Shown here: piece by piece, positions 37,244 through 51,001 of the stretch
Layout: every line of letters starts with the position of its first letter
How positions within the stretch are numbered: position 1 is the stretch's first letter
Origin: Sphyrna mokarran
Taxonomy: Eukaryota
Length of the DNA stretch: 64,000 nt
Assembly: GCA_024679065.1 (NCBI GenBank)
Contig: JAGIQG010000048.1
Span: forward strand, 1-64,000
Reading direction: 5' to 3'
The notes under the pieces: model-generated
Databases searched by the model: none
Told to the model about the DNA's origin: nothing
What the model saw: only the letters and a program-made list of their open reading frames with translations
Translations under genes and position numbers: made by a program

Positions 37244-37510
37244 NNNNNNNNNNNNNNNNNNNNNNNNNNNNNNNNNNNNNNNNNNNNNNNNNNNNNNNNN
37301 NNNNNNNNNNNNNNNNNNNNNNNNNNNNNNNNNNNNNNNNNNNNNNNNNNNNNNNNNNNNNNNNNNNNNNNNNNNNNNNNNNNNNNNNNNNNNNNNNNNN
37401 NNNNNNNNNNNNNNNNNNNNNNNNNNNNNNNNNNNNNNNNNNNNNNNNNNNNNNNNNNNNNNNNNNNNNNNNNNNNNNNNNNNNNNNNNNNNNNNNNNNN
37501 NNNNNNNNNN
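37244..37510. other. Assembly gap (N run)
   Basis: Run of N. Confidence 1.
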
Positions 37511-38369
37511 AGAGAAGTCCTTGAAAACGTCTGACAAACGAAGTACAGAGGACAGAAAAGTTTACCCACTAATATTCTGAAGCTGATGAACATTTGAGAA
37601 CTGCATGGAATGTACAATTTGCAGTCTGAAATAATCCCAACTGCAATCTCCAGACAATATCCCCCTGTGGGGAATGAAGAACACGGTTTATGTGCGGTGT
37701 CTGGTTATAAAACAAAGGGCGAATTCCTCCTCCTCCTCCTGGAAACTCCAATCCCGGACAATATCGTTCAATATTCCCATTTTAGCCCCAGGTTTTGCAG
37801 ATGTTCCCAGCGAGTGACTGACCTTCTCTGAGACCCACGAACAGCAGCGCCTGCAGTTACAGTGGGCCGCCACCGGATGGTGGTGCTGTACCAGTCTAAT
37901 CACAAGATAGTGAAGCAGGTTTGAGGAGAGATTTGGGGGAAATTTTATTTCCCTCTTTCCCCAGAAAGCAAACAATTAGTAAAGCAACTGCATTAATCTC
38001 TCTGTCAGTAATATTCACAGGGAAAATGTACTTGCATTCATATTCCTCTTCCCACGAGTAAATATGTCGATTGCCAACTAATTATTTTATAAGCTTACCT
38101 TGTATTGTTTTAAAGATTTCTCTATTTTCTCATCCAGATTTATTAAATAATTGTTCAGTATAATGGGACACAAATCTCGTTTACGCTGAATTTTCCTTTT
38201 TTTTTTAAACCCACATCTTTTTCCTTAGTCCCTTCAGAAATCCAGCTGAACCCAGTCTCTCTGTTATGTTCTCTGTACATTTAAATACAGCTCCTTCTTA
38301 TAATTTGTGACTTCAGTGCATTTCCAGCCCCTAACTCACTCTGATCTATAAAACAAACACTGCAAATTG

Positions 38370-38707
38370 CTTGACCTGGACCGTTTGATGGGCAACACGA
38401 CAGCTCAGTGACTATTGCTGTGCTGTGCAGATACATGGATTTGGGGCCTGTGTCTGTGGGAGTTTGCACATTCTCCCTGTGTTTGCGTGGGTTTTCTCCG
38501 GGTGCTCCGGTTTCCTCCCACATCCCAAAGATGTGCTCTTAGGCTAATTGGCAAAACAAATTCTCCCTAAATTGTCTCAAATTTGGTTTTTAATCCATCG
38601 ATCTATAAACATGGACAGGGATCGCGGGTAGAGGTGGGAACATTGGGGTGGCGGTGTGGGCTCGTTGGGCCGAAGGGCCTGTTTCCCGTGCTGTTTTGTT
38701 CTTTGTT
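38370..38707 (+). mobile_element. Young V-SINE/HE1-like SINE (mirror of 31648-31985)
   Basis: Core and tail motifs as above. Confidence 0.85.
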
Positions 38708-38949
38708 TGTTCTAATACTTTGACAGAGAGACTTGCCTCTGGTGGAAATAGATCTGAGATGAAAATAATGAAATATAAAATCAAGCAAATTAGGTTAAAC
38801 ATCCAACATATTGGAAATACAGGGACATCCCATCCTATCAGAAATATTGGGTTCACACTAAGTGACATGAATTGATGTGATCACAGATATAGAATTGGAA
38901 TCCACCATCACACCGAGTGAATCCGCTGGCTGGTTAAATAGAACAACCA

Positions 38950-39292
38950 CAAAGAACAAAGAACAAAACAGCACGGGAAACAGGCCCTTCGGCCCAACGA
39001 GCCCGCGCCGCCACCCCGATGTTTCCACCTCTACCCGTGATCCCTGTCTATGTTTATAAATCTATGGATTAAAAACCAAATTTGAGACAATTTCGGGAGA
39101 ATTTGTTTTGCCAATTAGCCTAAGAGCACATCTTTGGGATGTGGGAGGAAACCGGAGCACCCGGAAAAAACCCACGCTAGCATGGGGAGAATGTGCAAAC
39201 TCCCACAGACACAGGCCCCAAATCCATGTATCTGCACAGCACAGCGATAGTCACTGAGCTGTCGTGTTGCCCATCAAATGGCCCAGGTCAAG
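38950..39292 (-). mobile_element. Young V-SINE/HE1-like SINE
   Basis: Near-identical to 31648-31985. Confidence 0.85.
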
Positions 39293-39294
39293 CA

Positions 39295-39640
39295 TACAAT
39301 GTGGGTGGAAGGAGCACTGAGCACAGGTTAGAGAGATGTGTATTGTCTCCAGACAGCGCAGTAAGTGAGGTTTTTTTGCTAACCCAGGCAAGTCATTGGG
39401 GGGGTTACAGATAGTGTGACATGAAGCCAAGACTCACATTGTTAGCCACTTTAAGACTTGAATAGCAGGTTAGATGTAAAGATTCACATTCTAATCAGCA
39501 ATCTGTAAACTGTCTGTGCTGTTATATGCTCTGTCTGAGGCCAGAACTCTCCATTCACCTGACGGAAGGGCAAACCCCCAAAGTTTCTGAGTTTACTATC
39601 AAATAAATCAGTTGGACTTTAACCTGGTGTTGTCAGACTT
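39295..39640. mobile_element. Penelope-like fragment with internal inversion
   Basis: 39295-39430 matches 3845-3975 directly; 39440-39640 matches 3655-3845 inverted. Confidence 0.6.
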
Positions 39641-39819
39641 GTTTCAAAACCATCCAGGGGGTGGGGTATTCACTGGTTTTTCTCTCCATCTACTTTCATT
39701 GCCTCTCCTTTGTTAAAACTGTCTCTGAATCCTTGGGCAACATTAAAAAGAACATATCATGTGTTTTTCCCTCCACTGTTAGCCGTCATTAGTTTATTGA
39801 ACATTTATCTTTAACATAT

Positions 39820-40920
39820 TCGCCTCATTATAGGAAGGATGTAGAGGCTATTGAGAGAGTTCAGAGGAGATTTACAAGGATGCTGCCTGGATTGGGAGGC
39901 AGGCCTTATGAAGATAGGTTGAGGGAGCTGGGACTCTTCTCACTGGAGAGACGTAGGTTGAGAGGAGACCTGATAGAGGTTTATAAAATGTTGAGAGGAG
40001 TAGATAGGGTGGATTCTCAGAGGCTATTTCCCCGAGCCGAAATGGTCCATACGAGATGACACAGGTTTAAGGTGCAGGGAAGCAAATACAGAGGAGATGT
40101 TAGGGGTAAGTTTTTCACTCAGAGGGTGGTGAGTGAATGGAATCGGCTGCCATCGGTGGTGGTCGAGGCAAACTCGCTGGGGTCTTTTAAAAGACTTCTG
40201 GATGAGTATATGGGAACGAATGGGAGAGGGTCTTATAGATAGGTCTGTGGATTGGTAGAGGTATAGATGTAGGCAGTCAAGTCGATAAGGTTGTTAGGAA
40301 GGCATATGGAGTCTTGGCTTTTATTGGTAGAGGGATTGAATTTCGGAGCCGCAAAGTCATGTTGCAACTGTACAAAACTCTAGTGCGGCCGCACTTGGAG
40401 TATTGTGTGCAGTTCTGGTCCCCGCATTATAAGAAAGATGTGGAGGCATTGGAGAGGGTACAGAGGAGGTTTACCAGGATGTTGCCTGGTATGAAGGGCA
40501 GGTCTTATGAGGAGAGGCTGAGGGATTGAGGTTGTTTTCGTTAGAAAGGAGGAGGCTAAGAGGGGACCTGATCGAAACATATAAGATGATTAGAGGTTTA
40601 GATAGGGTGGACAGTGATAGCCTTTTTCCTAGGATGGAAAAAGCTAGCACGAAGGGACACAGCTTTAAATTAAGGGGTGATAGTTATATGACGGATATCA
40701 GAGGTAGGTTCTTTACCCAAAGGGTGGTTCGGGAGTGGAATGCCCTGCCTGCAGCAGTTGTAGATGCGCCAAGTTTGGTGGCGTTTAAGAGGTTAGTTGA
40801 TAAGTATATGGAAGAGATGGGAATGGTTTAGTTTGGAGGGGCATTGCTTTTTATATTGGTCGGCGCAACATCGAAGGCCGAAGGGCCTGTTCTGTGCTGT
40901 AATGTTCTATGTTCTATGTG
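39820..40920 (+). mobile_element. Two tandem CR1-type LINE 3' fragments
   Basis: Two successive ERVQRRFTRMLPG..GDLIE.YKM..FFTQRVV.EWN.LP remnants; ORFs 40314 and 40526. Confidence 0.9.
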
Positions 40921-41477
40921 TTCCTGAAGGATACTGATTATTGTATTAAAAAAGACTGACAAAACCTTTTCAAAACTGTCGTCCCATCTCTCAGTGTTAT
41001 TGAATATTAAGGGATCACATTATTTTCACAGCCGTGTGGAATTTACATTTCCCCAATGCTCGAATAATATTCGGCAACTGCTGTCATGAAAAAAGAGGTA
41101 ACATTGGGGACAAATTTTACTTTCTGAATCTTATGTTAGATTGACGACTCTGCCACCTGGATTAGATTTTCAACAGAAATATAATTCGACAAAACAAGGA
41201 TTTAAATTGCAATCAGACTGCACGGTTTGGTGATCTAGGCCGGTTATATTGGTCATGAGCAGAGTTTCTGGATTGACAATCTGACCATAATATCACCAGG
41301 CCATCCTCTTTCCTCGTTATAAGTGTATATGTTGACAGAATTTGGTGTCTTTGTACAAGGAAAGTAGAAAGATGGCATTGAGGTCCAGGAAGGGAAATGG
41401 GCATTTTGATATTGATGTATTTGTTTTTATCCTACAGGTGCTTTGGTCCACCTTGTTGTCTAACGTGGGGCATACGA

Positions 41478-41755
41478 GGCTAGCACAAGGGGACACAGCT
41501 TTAAATTAAGGGGTGATAGTTATAGGACGGATATCAGAGGTAGGTTCTTTACCCCAAGGGGGGTTCGGGAGTGGAATGCCCTGCCTGCAGCAGTTGTAGA
41601 TGCGCCAAGTTTGGTGGCGTTTAAGAGTTAGTTGATAAGTATATGGAAGAGAAGGGAATGGTTTAGTTTGGAGGGGCATTGCTTTTTATATTGGTCGGCG
41701 CAACATCGAAGGCCGAAGGGCCTGTTCTGTGCTGTAATGTTCTATGTTCTATGTA
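41478..41755 (+). mobile_element. CR1-type LINE 3' end, near-identical to 40640-40920
   Basis: Direct repeat of the same 3' end and tail. Confidence 0.85.
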
Positions 41756-41834
41756 CACGCGATGGGTCGTGAGAGGGCTGCTCTTGGATTTTTTTCGAGA
41801 ATATCCTAGTGCTTCACGTCGTTAGTGTACGCTT

Positions 41835-42175
41835 GACCCTGGACCATTTGATGGGCAACACGACAGCTCAGTGACTATCGCTGTGCTGTGCAGATACATG
41901 GATTTGGGCCTGTGTCTGTGCGAGTTTGCGCATTCTCCCCGTGCTTGCGTGGGTTTTCTCCAGGTGCTCCGGTTTCCTCCCACGTCCCAAAGATGTGCTC
42001 TTAGGCTAATTGGCAAAACAAGTTCTCCCTAAATTGTCTCAAATTTGGTTTTTAATCCATAGATCTATAAACATAGACAGGGATCGCGGGTAGAGGTGGG
42101 AACATCGGGGTGGCGGTGCGGGCTCGTTAGGGGGAAGGACCTGTTTCCCGTGCTGTTTTGTTCTTTGTTCTTTGA
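41835..42175 (+). mobile_element. Young V-SINE/HE1-like SINE
   Basis: Same family as 38370-38707. Confidence 0.82.
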
Positions 42176-43149
42176 TCTTTATTGCCAACTGATTGTTGTA
42201 TTAGAATAAAAATGCTCATTTACAGGGTTTTGTTGTGTGAAATATTGGGTGTGTTTTTGAGATCCGCAATGCTCTTCTTTGGAAAAAAAGGCTCCCCTTC
42301 CATGAGACAGGGTCTGATTGGTAGCTTCCTGAATTCTGATGAGTGAATTCTCCTGGAATGAGAGACTGTATCAATCTGTCTGAAATTGCCTGGAGTTTAG
42401 GAGACTGAGGGGCAATTTTACTGAAACCTGCAGAATATTGAGAGATTGTTTCCCGCTGAGGATATATATCAAAGAACTGACACACATCCAGACTAAACAG
42501 TAATTCTGAACTTTAACTGCATATTTGTAATAAGTACATATTGTACCATGTAATGTGTTTGATATAAATATTCATTAAATAATTATTGTTGGCAGCACCT
42601 GACAACAGCAGCATTAGAGAGATATTTTTATTGTTGCCTAGATTCACAATCCGGAACTGCGCGAGAATGTGTGGATATGTGGAAAATTAAAGTACAACCT
42701 CTGCCTCTGGATGGTCCTGAGACACCAAACATTTGTGGTTAAGAGTGGAACGCAGTAATGAATTCCCCACTCAGACTAAGGGATAATATATTAGGGCGTC
42801 AGTAAGTGTTGGGTGTATCCAAACCTAATTCTCTTTCCATAAAACATAGTCTAGAACTACAATATGACCACAATATCGTTCTCAATACTATACAAGCCCC
42901 CTTGATGTTTCTCTCCCTACAGTATTGCTGCCATTTAGTGGTTACTCACTTCTCCTAACATGGGAAAGGGCCACTTGATAGAGTAGATAGAGACAAACTG
43001 ACGAGGGTCGGTAACCAAAGGATTGGGATTGAAGGAAGATCGACTTGTATTTGTGTAGCGCCTTTCCCAGTTGCTGAACGCGCTTTGCAACAAAAGAAAG
43101 ACAGTTAGAATAGAAAAAAAAGTATCCATTAAACAAGGAAACGGGGAGG

Positions 43150-43222
43150 GGGGGGCACTCGGATTTGAACTGAGGACCTCTTAAAACTGCAGTCAAATGC
43201 TCTACCGCTGAGCTACACCCCT
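43150..43222 (-). tRNA. tRNA-Cys(GCA)-like gene, probably a pseudogene
   Basis: GGGGTGTAGCTCAGCGGTAGAGCATTTGACTGCAGTTTTAAGAGGTCCTCAGTTCAAATCCGAGTGCCCCC; A and B boxes present, anticodon stem and T stem mismatched. Confidence 0.75.
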
Positions 43223-45330
43223 TCCGATATTAACTGGAGGTGGGGATCCAGCATGGTTTTATTAAGGGGGAATCGCGGTCAGATTGCATCCCTCTTTGCC
43301 TCAACAAAGAACAGCACAGGAAACAGGCCCTTCGGCCCTACAAGCCCGTACCGCCCATTTTAACACTCAGTGAGGGCCTCATTCCAATCCTTCTTCTACC
43401 TACAGACTTTTGTCTACACCTCTTGGACGCCACAATAAATTTATAAGTGCGCCAGTTACTGGAGAGCTTAGTGTTTAAGTTAGTGAGATGTTTTCTTGTG
43501 ATTTGGCTGAGATTTGGATGCAGGCCTAGGAAATATTTGTGTCAATGTAATCGATAAAATCTACCCCATTGTCCCTACATCCCCATCTCTATTGGCAACA
43601 TTTTGAAGCGTGGGCTCGTTGGGCCAAAGGGCCTGTTTCCCGTGCTGTGTTGTTCTTTGTAATCAGTTCATGACTGATCTCTCCCAGGTCTCAAATCCAT
43701 CTCCCCACCTGTTCCAATATCACCTCATCCCTCTTACTCTCAGGAATATATACGTCTCCTTCTTCAAAAATCATTTAATGATTGAAACTCCACAGCGCTA
43801 TGGGGCAATGCATTCTACAAATTCACCATCCTCTGTGAGAAGCAGAGATGCTCCTCACCTCTGATTTAAATCTACCATCTCCTCAAGGTATACATTTGAT
43901 ATGCAACTCTTGATTGTGCATACAAAAAAATTGTCTACATTTACACTTTTCAATTTTGTTTACTGCAATCACTTCCAGCATCTTGTGGGAATATTCCTCC
44001 TCGCTGTTGATGGGCTGAATATCCTCCTTCTGGACTGTAGGGATTCTATGAGCTGAGGCGGAGTTCCTTCACGTGGGGGTGGGGTGGGGGGGAGGGGAGG
44101 AGGGGGTGGTGCTGAATCTGTGGAACTCATCGCCGCAGAGGCCTGTGGGGGAGTCAGGTCACTGGGTGTCTTTCAGACAGAGTTAAATAGGTTCTTGGTC
44201 AAGAAAGTGATCTTGGGTTATGTAGAGAGGGCAGGAAAATAGGAATGAGAAACCCATCACGATTGAATGGTGGAGTGTAATTGATTTTAAACTAATATGA
44301 GGCGGGAATGATCGGTATGGAAATTGATAATTGATTAGTTTTTGACTATAATTGATTAGTTTTTGATTGTAGATGTTAGATTGTAGATGTTAGATGTTAT
44401 GACTGCCTTGGAAGTATTCAATCGGCGGATATATTGAGAAATTCTGTTAACCCACGCTGCAGCGACACTGCTGGTGTTTTACTGGGGCAGTGTGAAGGAA
44501 ATTATCTTCTGCCGCACACTCTCCTGCATCGGCCTCTGAGGAAGCAGAGCCTTTTGCTGATTAGAATTACCTGAAACTCTGTCAGTGACAGACCAGTTTA
44601 TGAGTGAAATGACTGAGGTTCTCCTCATTCTTAATTCATTCCGTCCCTGGATTTTCTTATTAAAAAGGCAGAGATGAAGGTGCCTTTACACACATGGGTC
44701 ACTGGACGGCGCAGTGGCTAAAGGGTTTTGAGTTCAATCACATCCCACACATAACTGGGGGGAATATTCCTGTCTGGGAAAGGGGGGGAAAACCATATAA
44801 TAGGGAAATGGAACGGAGTGGATGGGTTTAGCAGAACGGAATTAAGGCAAACCAGAGATAGTTAAATTTTTATTTAAAATTTATTTAAAAATTCAGAGAA
44901 TATTTTACAGCGAAAGTATTTTTTTTAAAGTTAGAAAAGTGAACAGAGCGATCGAGCTTCACACTAAGAACAGAACACGTCCAGGGAATCCATCAATATT
45001 TGTACATCTGTTACATACACCAGAAAGAGAAAAAAGGACCGTAATAGAAAGAGGAATTAACAAACATGAATAAGGAATGAGAAAAGTTTCTTATTTATAC
45101 ATGATCTTTAAACTAGAGGGAAACTATTAACCACAATTACATTATAACAAAAAAAAACTGGTATATTTCACATTGAAAACTGAAATAAGCTCTATGATTG
45201 CCTCAGATTCAGAATGATAAACTGAGAGAATTTTACTGATAGATTCACCAAGAGCAGATATTGTATATGAGCCATACAGAGGTGTTGATCATCAGCTGAG
45301 GGAAATCTGCAGTTTCCAAAATTCAACCCA

Positions 45331-45339
45331 TCATTTGAT
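45331..45339 (-). CDS. IGHM: IgM TM2 exon coding part (IK-stop), cluster B
   Basis: Mirror of 29995-30003. Confidence 0.85.
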   Translation of the reverse strand: MK

Positions 45340-45479
45340 CTGTAAAATAAAGAGACAATAATGAAGCAGATGTTTGTGATGCGGGACATTAATGTTACAG
45401 TTTTTAATTAGTGAAACATTGAGAGATCTGTCAAATCCGTTCTGCCAGTTTGAAATGTGAGTGAACTGAACCATCTCAC

Positions 45480-45607
45480 CTTCACCAGAGTGACTGCGGT
45501 GCTGTAGAAAATGCTCAGGAAGAACAGGACAATGAATGTGGAAGCGGTTGTCCAGATGTTGCTGTTATCGTCCTCGTTGTCTTCAATCCAGGTGCGGTCG
45601 GTGGGGT
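45480..45607 (-). CDS. IGHM: IgM TM1 exon, cluster B
   Basis: Same peptide as TM1-A; splice sites intact. Confidence 0.95.
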
Positions 45608-48600
45608 CTAGGGGACGGAGACCAGAAATTGAAATTAGATTACTTTATTTATCCCGGGAATGTTATTGTTATTTTTCTGTTCCCTGTTCTCCTTGATAAA
45701 CCGTTCATTCGGTCTCTTGTATAGTTTTCAATGTATGTTTACCATTAAGTTCAGGACACTGAGTAACCGATCTCTGTAAATATTTTCATGCCTGATCCTT
45801 ATGTACATTCCTTGGACTGTTTGTGTCAGGAAGCACTGAAGATGTTCCCTTGAGAATCAGTTCATTTTGAACTATTTGCCAGTATCCCTTATTGAAGAAT
45901 GTTATGATTGATATGGAGAAACTGATGATTGTTCTCACAGACGGTGTCAGATCTGTAACTGTGCATGCTGCTGTTTAAGAGTTGGGATATAATTTCCGAT
46001 CTTTGTTTATTTACGGTGGGTTTGTTTAGTAAATCATGAGCTCAATTCAGTTTCTCAACGTGTTTGGCGGTGCGTTGTGCATCAGGATAGTTGTGGGTGG
46101 ATATGACCATTAAAATTCACATTTAAATGTTACTTTCATCATTTGCCTGCCGCTTGTATTTAAGATTGTTTGTGTGTGTGTGTATGTGTGTGAACACTTT
46201 GTGAGCTACATTAATCTTTGGTCCTGAGTTAAATGTGTGTGTGAGTGTTAATGAAATTGTTCATTTGCCTGTGTTTGTTGATTTGTGTAGTTGCTGTTTT
46301 TGGTTGTATGTTTTATTCTCCAGATATTGTGGATAAATGATTATTACTGTGTGAAGTCTCTGTGCATTTATTAACGTCTCTCTTAATGTGTGCACGTGTC
46401 TCTGCCTTTTTCAACGTGTTAATTTCTGTCAGTCGAGTAACATTTCCGTCCCTTTCTGTGTGTTTGTTCCTTCGTGTATCTGTTAACATGTTACTGCATG
46501 TATAGCCATGTTGTTAGTTATTTATAGCGATGTGTCAGTGTATGTATATGTTTCCATGTGTATTATTGTGTGCTGTGGTGTTCTGTATGAGCATGTGAAT
46601 GTTTGCGTCCACATGTTTGCGTTTGTTCATCTATATGCTCTCTGTTCATCTATTTGCAGTGTGTTAATATTGTTATCTGTATCTCCCTGTATAAGTGATA
46701 ATATGTATAACATTGTGGGTCTCTATTCATATCATTTCATTTCAGCGTGAACGTGTGAGAATATGTATTTGTTTGAGTGCATGCATGTGTTTGTATGTTT
46801 TGGATCTGCATCAATGTTATCTGTTCGTATAGCACGTGTTCATACATGTGTTTGCGTTCAGGTCTGTGTACCCCGTCACATATGTTCAGGTGTGTGTGTA
46901 CTTGTGTGTTTGTATGTGTTTCTGCATGTGTTTGTACATATTTGATAATTTGTGTGCATTTTTTGTGCTTTCTTGTACAAGTACCTGTCTGAAATGTGTA
47001 GAGTATAGGGCTAATGGTAGGACTCTTAATAGTGTTGATGAACAGAGGGATCTTGGTGTATATGTGCATAGATCCCTGAAAGTAGGCAGTCAAGTCGATA
47101 AGGTTGTTAAGAAGGCATATGGAGTCTTAGCTTTTATTGGTAGGGGGAGTGAATTTCGGAGCCGCAACGTCATGTTGCAACTGTACAAAACTCTAGTGCG
47201 GCCGCACTTGGAGTATCGTGTGCAGTTCTGGTCCCCGCACTATAAGAATGATGTGGAGGCATTGGAGAGGGTACAGAGGAGGTTTACCAGGATGTTGCCA
47301 GGTATGGAGGGCAGGTCTTATGAGGAGAGGATGAAGGATTAGAGTTTGTTTTTGTTGGAAAGAAGGCGGCTAAGAGGAGACCTTATTGAAACACATAAGA
47401 TGATTAGAGGTTTAGATAGGGTGGACAGTGATAGCCTTTTTCCTAGGATGGAGAAAGCTAGCACGAGGGGACATTGCTTTAAATTAAGGGGTGGTGGTTA
47501 TAGGACGGATATCAGAGGTAGGTTCTTTACCCAGAGGGTGGTAAGGGTATCGAACGCCCTGCCTGCTGCAGTTGTAGATGCGCCAAGTTTGGTGGCGTTT
47601 AAGAGGTTAGTAGATAAGTTGATGGATGAAAAGGGAATGGTTTAGGTTAGAGGGTCACTGCTTTTTTCTAATTGGTTGGAGCAACATCAAAGGGCGAAGA
47701 GCCTCTTTTGCGCTGTAATGTTCTATCTGTGTGGGTGTATGCCTGTGTGTTCTGTATATGTGTGGGTGTGTGTGTGTACATGGTGCGTGTGGGACAGAGA
47801 GAGACCGAGAGAAAGAGAGAGTATTTGTGTATGGATGTATTTTTGTTTGTAGATGTGGTCCATTAGTGTATTTGTGGGACCGTGAGTGTTTGTACAGAAA
47901 TTGTGTGTACTTATGGTCCGTGAATGTGCATTTGTATTTATGAATTTATCTGTGCTTTTTGCGTACGTATTCGTGTGTGTTGTGTATTTGTGTAAATCTG
48001 TGTCTGTATTTGAATGTGCCTGTCCATATTTCTGTGTGTGGGGCTATGTGTATGGGTTTGTGTGTATATTTATGTCCTATATTTGTGTACATGTGTATTT
48101 GTGTGTATATTTGTGCAATTGTGTCCATGTGTCTGTATGTGTGTGTGTGTCAGTGTGAGTATGCATGTGTGTTTGTGAGTGTGTCTGCACACCCATGTGC
48201 GTATTTATAATTCTGACAGTTTTCTGCAGCATTAGCAGTGTGTGTATTTTTTAAACTGTTGCACCAAGTTTTACCGACAATGGTTAAATGAATGTGATCC
48301 AGAGAACCTGAATAATGGAGCATATTTTCAGAGTTGTGCTGTATAAATGTACTGTGTGAGGGTGTTGTCAGGAGAGCAAATGAATAATTCATTGATGGAT
48401 GGCAGGGACAGAACAGTGAAAACCGGGGAGGATTCTATTACCTGTTTAAATTTGTATTATGGGAAAATCAATGCCAGCACATGATTAGCAGGAACAGTGT
48501 TGAAATAGTTTTGAATTATGTTGTGTATTATGTACGTATTACAATGGTTAAGATAATGATACTTCAACATCTGTAAGAAATTAACGAATTTGTACTGTTG

Positions 48601-49254
48601 GCAACTGGGTCCTTGTAGCAGACAGTCGTTCCCTTCCAAACACGGGAGAGAGAGCTCCGAGTTTACTTCTCTCTGATGGTTCTAACCATTGAGGAGGTGG
48701 AGGGAGAGTGAATTAAATAATGACATTCCCCCTCTTTTCATTGAGGAAGTTGTGGTGCATGGGTTAGCTGCTGCTCCTCCCCTCTCTTTGCTGGGTTAGT
48801 GGGAATCTAGGATGTTAACAATTTCACTCTCCCTCAATCCGATGGGGAGGGTGATGATTTCTCCATGTCTTTGTGTGTGACCCTCACTTCAGTTCCCAGT
48901 GGGTTTGGTGCAGCAGTTTAAAGCTGACATCTAAATTAAAGACATGGACAATGAGAGAAGCAGGGACACACAGAGGGCAAAATGTGTTTGTCAGAAGTGT
49001 TGAAATTATCTTTTCCTCAGCTGGAGGAAAGTCAGTGAAGATATTTTGCAATGAACGTGCTCTACTCTAACCCTAACCCGTTGGGAGCCCTGGTTCAGCA
49101 ATTTTAGGTCCAAGACCTGAGAATATTTGACTCAAATCAAAGATACTTAATGGAACTGAAAAACAACCAATTAAACAATTGGGTATTTCATTTCTCGTTA
49201 GAGGAATATGTTTTTATTATTTTTATTGAAGTTTTTAATGGAAGTGAGTGATTC

Positions 49255-49646
49255 TCATTGACAGGAATTAACAGTGTCCATCAGTGCAAGAGAAATGTTC
49301 ACAAAACTGGGTTTACCGCTGGATTTGTCAACTGTTCTGTTGATGATCTTCAAGCGGATGGCTTCATGTCCCACCACACAGGAGTAAGAAGCGCCGCTGG
49401 ACCATTCCTCTGCTGCGATGGATAACAGGCTGTACATGAAGAAGGAGTTATTGCCATTCTCCGCCACCACCTCGGTGTTCCTGTAGTTCCCGGGATTCAC
49501 CGGCTTGTCGTTGACGGTCCACTTGACGAAGATCTCTCGGGGGGAGAAACGTCTCACTAAGCAGCTGGGGGAGACGAATCTGTGAGCGGAGACTTCTTCT
49601 GCCGAGGGCAGGAGGACAGAGACCAACGGTTCCCGTGGGTTTGGAT
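49255..49646 (-). CDS. IGHM: IgM Cmu4 exon plus secretory tailpiece, cluster B
   Basis: ORF 49255..49626; L>P and P>R changes relative to copy A. Confidence 0.95.
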
Positions 49647-50692
49647 CTGCAGAAAATGTACAATGTCAATAAACTGGAGAATTCTGGAGACAATGAATGC
49701 TGGTTAGATATCAGGAAAACGTGCTTGGCTGTTGATTTTAACTATTTCAATTTTTGAATTCCAGCTTGGAGGAGAGGTGAGCACAATTGTTTTCTCAAAT
49801 AACCCAGAGGGGGGGCGGATTGGAAAGTTTACAGCCCAGAATCAGGCCACTCAGCCCAACTGGTCCACATTTTAGTTTTTGGTTTTTATGCTCCACATCA
49901 GGCTCCTCACTTCTTTTGCGATCTAAACCCAATAACATCGCCTTCAGTTCACTTTTTCATTCATCAAACTTCCCCGTAAAAATATCCATCGGCCCAGTTG
50001 GGGGCAAGACCATTCATGCACTGAATATTAACTATTGACCAGCAAACTTCCACTGGAGATAGACACAGTGATGCAATTATATAGAAACATAGACCAGGAC
50101 AGCATAGCACAGGCCCTTCGGCCCCTCGATGTTGTACCGAGCTACGTCCAAACTTAAGATCAAGCTATCCCACTCCCTATCATTCCGGTGTGCTCCATGT
50201 GTCTATCCGATAACCGCTTGAAAGTTCCTAAAGTGTCCGACTCCATTATCACAGCAGGCAGTGCATTCCACACCCCAACCACTGAGTGAAGAATCTCCCT
50301 CGGACATCCCTCCGATATCTCCCACCATGAACCTAATAATTCATGCCCCCTAGTAACAGCTACATCCACCCGGGGAAATAGTCTCTGCCCGTCCACTCTA
50401 TCAATCCCCCTCATCATCCTATAAACCTCTATCGGTCCCAGTGACCAGAACTGAACAATATTCCAAAAGTGGTCTCACCAAGGTCTGGTACAGTTGCAGC
50501 ATAACCCCACGGCTCTGAAACTCAAACCCCCTGTTAATAAACACTAACACATTAAAAGCTTCTTCATGGCTCTATCCACTTGAGTGGCAACCTTCAGAGA
50601 TCTGTGGGTATGAACCCCAAGATCTCTGTTCCTCCACATTCCCCAGAACGCTGCCATTGACCCTACATTATTGTCTCAATCTCTCAGCTCAC

Positions 50693-51001
50693 CTGTTTCC
50701 TTGTGGATAGATGTTCTTAAAGGAGTCGGCAGGTCCTGATGGCTCACCACGCACTCAAACACAACCGCGCTCAGCCAGGCTTGTGTCGAGGTGTTTAATT
50801 TGCTGATCACGCTGTCAGGATTCGTTCCTGGCTTTTCGGCAATCTCTGATTTCACATACTTCCCCTCTTGGATCCAGGACACGTTAACTCCATAAGGAGC
50901 ATTGGAAATGATGCAGGTTAAAGTCACGGTCGCCTCCAGTAAGACCTGCTCTACTCGGGGTGGCTGGATCTTCACTGTGGAATCAGGGCACACTTCAGAA
51001 C
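50693..51001 (-). CDS. IGHM: IgM Cmu3 exon, cluster B
   Basis: [29 protein letters not shown]; splice sites intact. Confidence 0.94.
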
